Origin: Mobula hypostoma
Taxonomy: Eukaryota
Length of the DNA: 64,000 bases
Assembly: GCF_963921235.1 (NCBI RefSeq)
Contig: NC_086097.1
Coordinates: 205,346,001 to 205,410,000 of the forward strand
Reading direction: 5' to 3'
Part shown: in pieces, positions 63,997 through 64,000 of the stretch
Layout of the letters: each line of letters begins with the position of its first letter
How positions within the stretch are numbered: position 1 is the first letter of the stretch
The notes under the pieces: model-generated
The model's database searches: none
Told to the model about the DNA's origin: nothing
Seen by the model: only the letters and a program-made list of their open reading frames with translations
Program-made: the position numbers and the translations under genes

Positions 63997-64000
63997 TCCT

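Noticed and set aside
1..64000. Prokaryotic systems (CRISPR, retrons, DGRs, operons)
   Set aside because: All RTs are eukaryotic retrotransposon types; no repeat-spacer arrays or gene-dense structure

Overview
Repeat-dense eukaryotic (vertebrate) DNA. The repeat mix (abundant CR1, Rex1/Babar, Penelope-like, Gypsy, L1, RTE elements and tRNA SINEs) suggests a cartilaginous fish; this is inference only. Nearly all ORFs in the track are decayed retroelement fragments or their antisense shadows, and no host gene could be named. One candidate + strand exon lies at 63820. Highlights: (i) Penelope-like elements whose terminal repeats carry minimal hammerhead ribozyme motifs, in two families, with three copies keeping intact catalytic cores; (ii) a ~5.5 kb (including a nested Rex1) invertebrate-like CR1-group LINE with PHD-APE-RT architecture, flanked by an unusually long ~218 bp direct duplication; (iii) deep nested insertions with readable TSDs; (iv) several fold-back or rearranged insertions. 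Family names come from motif recognition, not database searches, and boundaries without a TSD are approximate.
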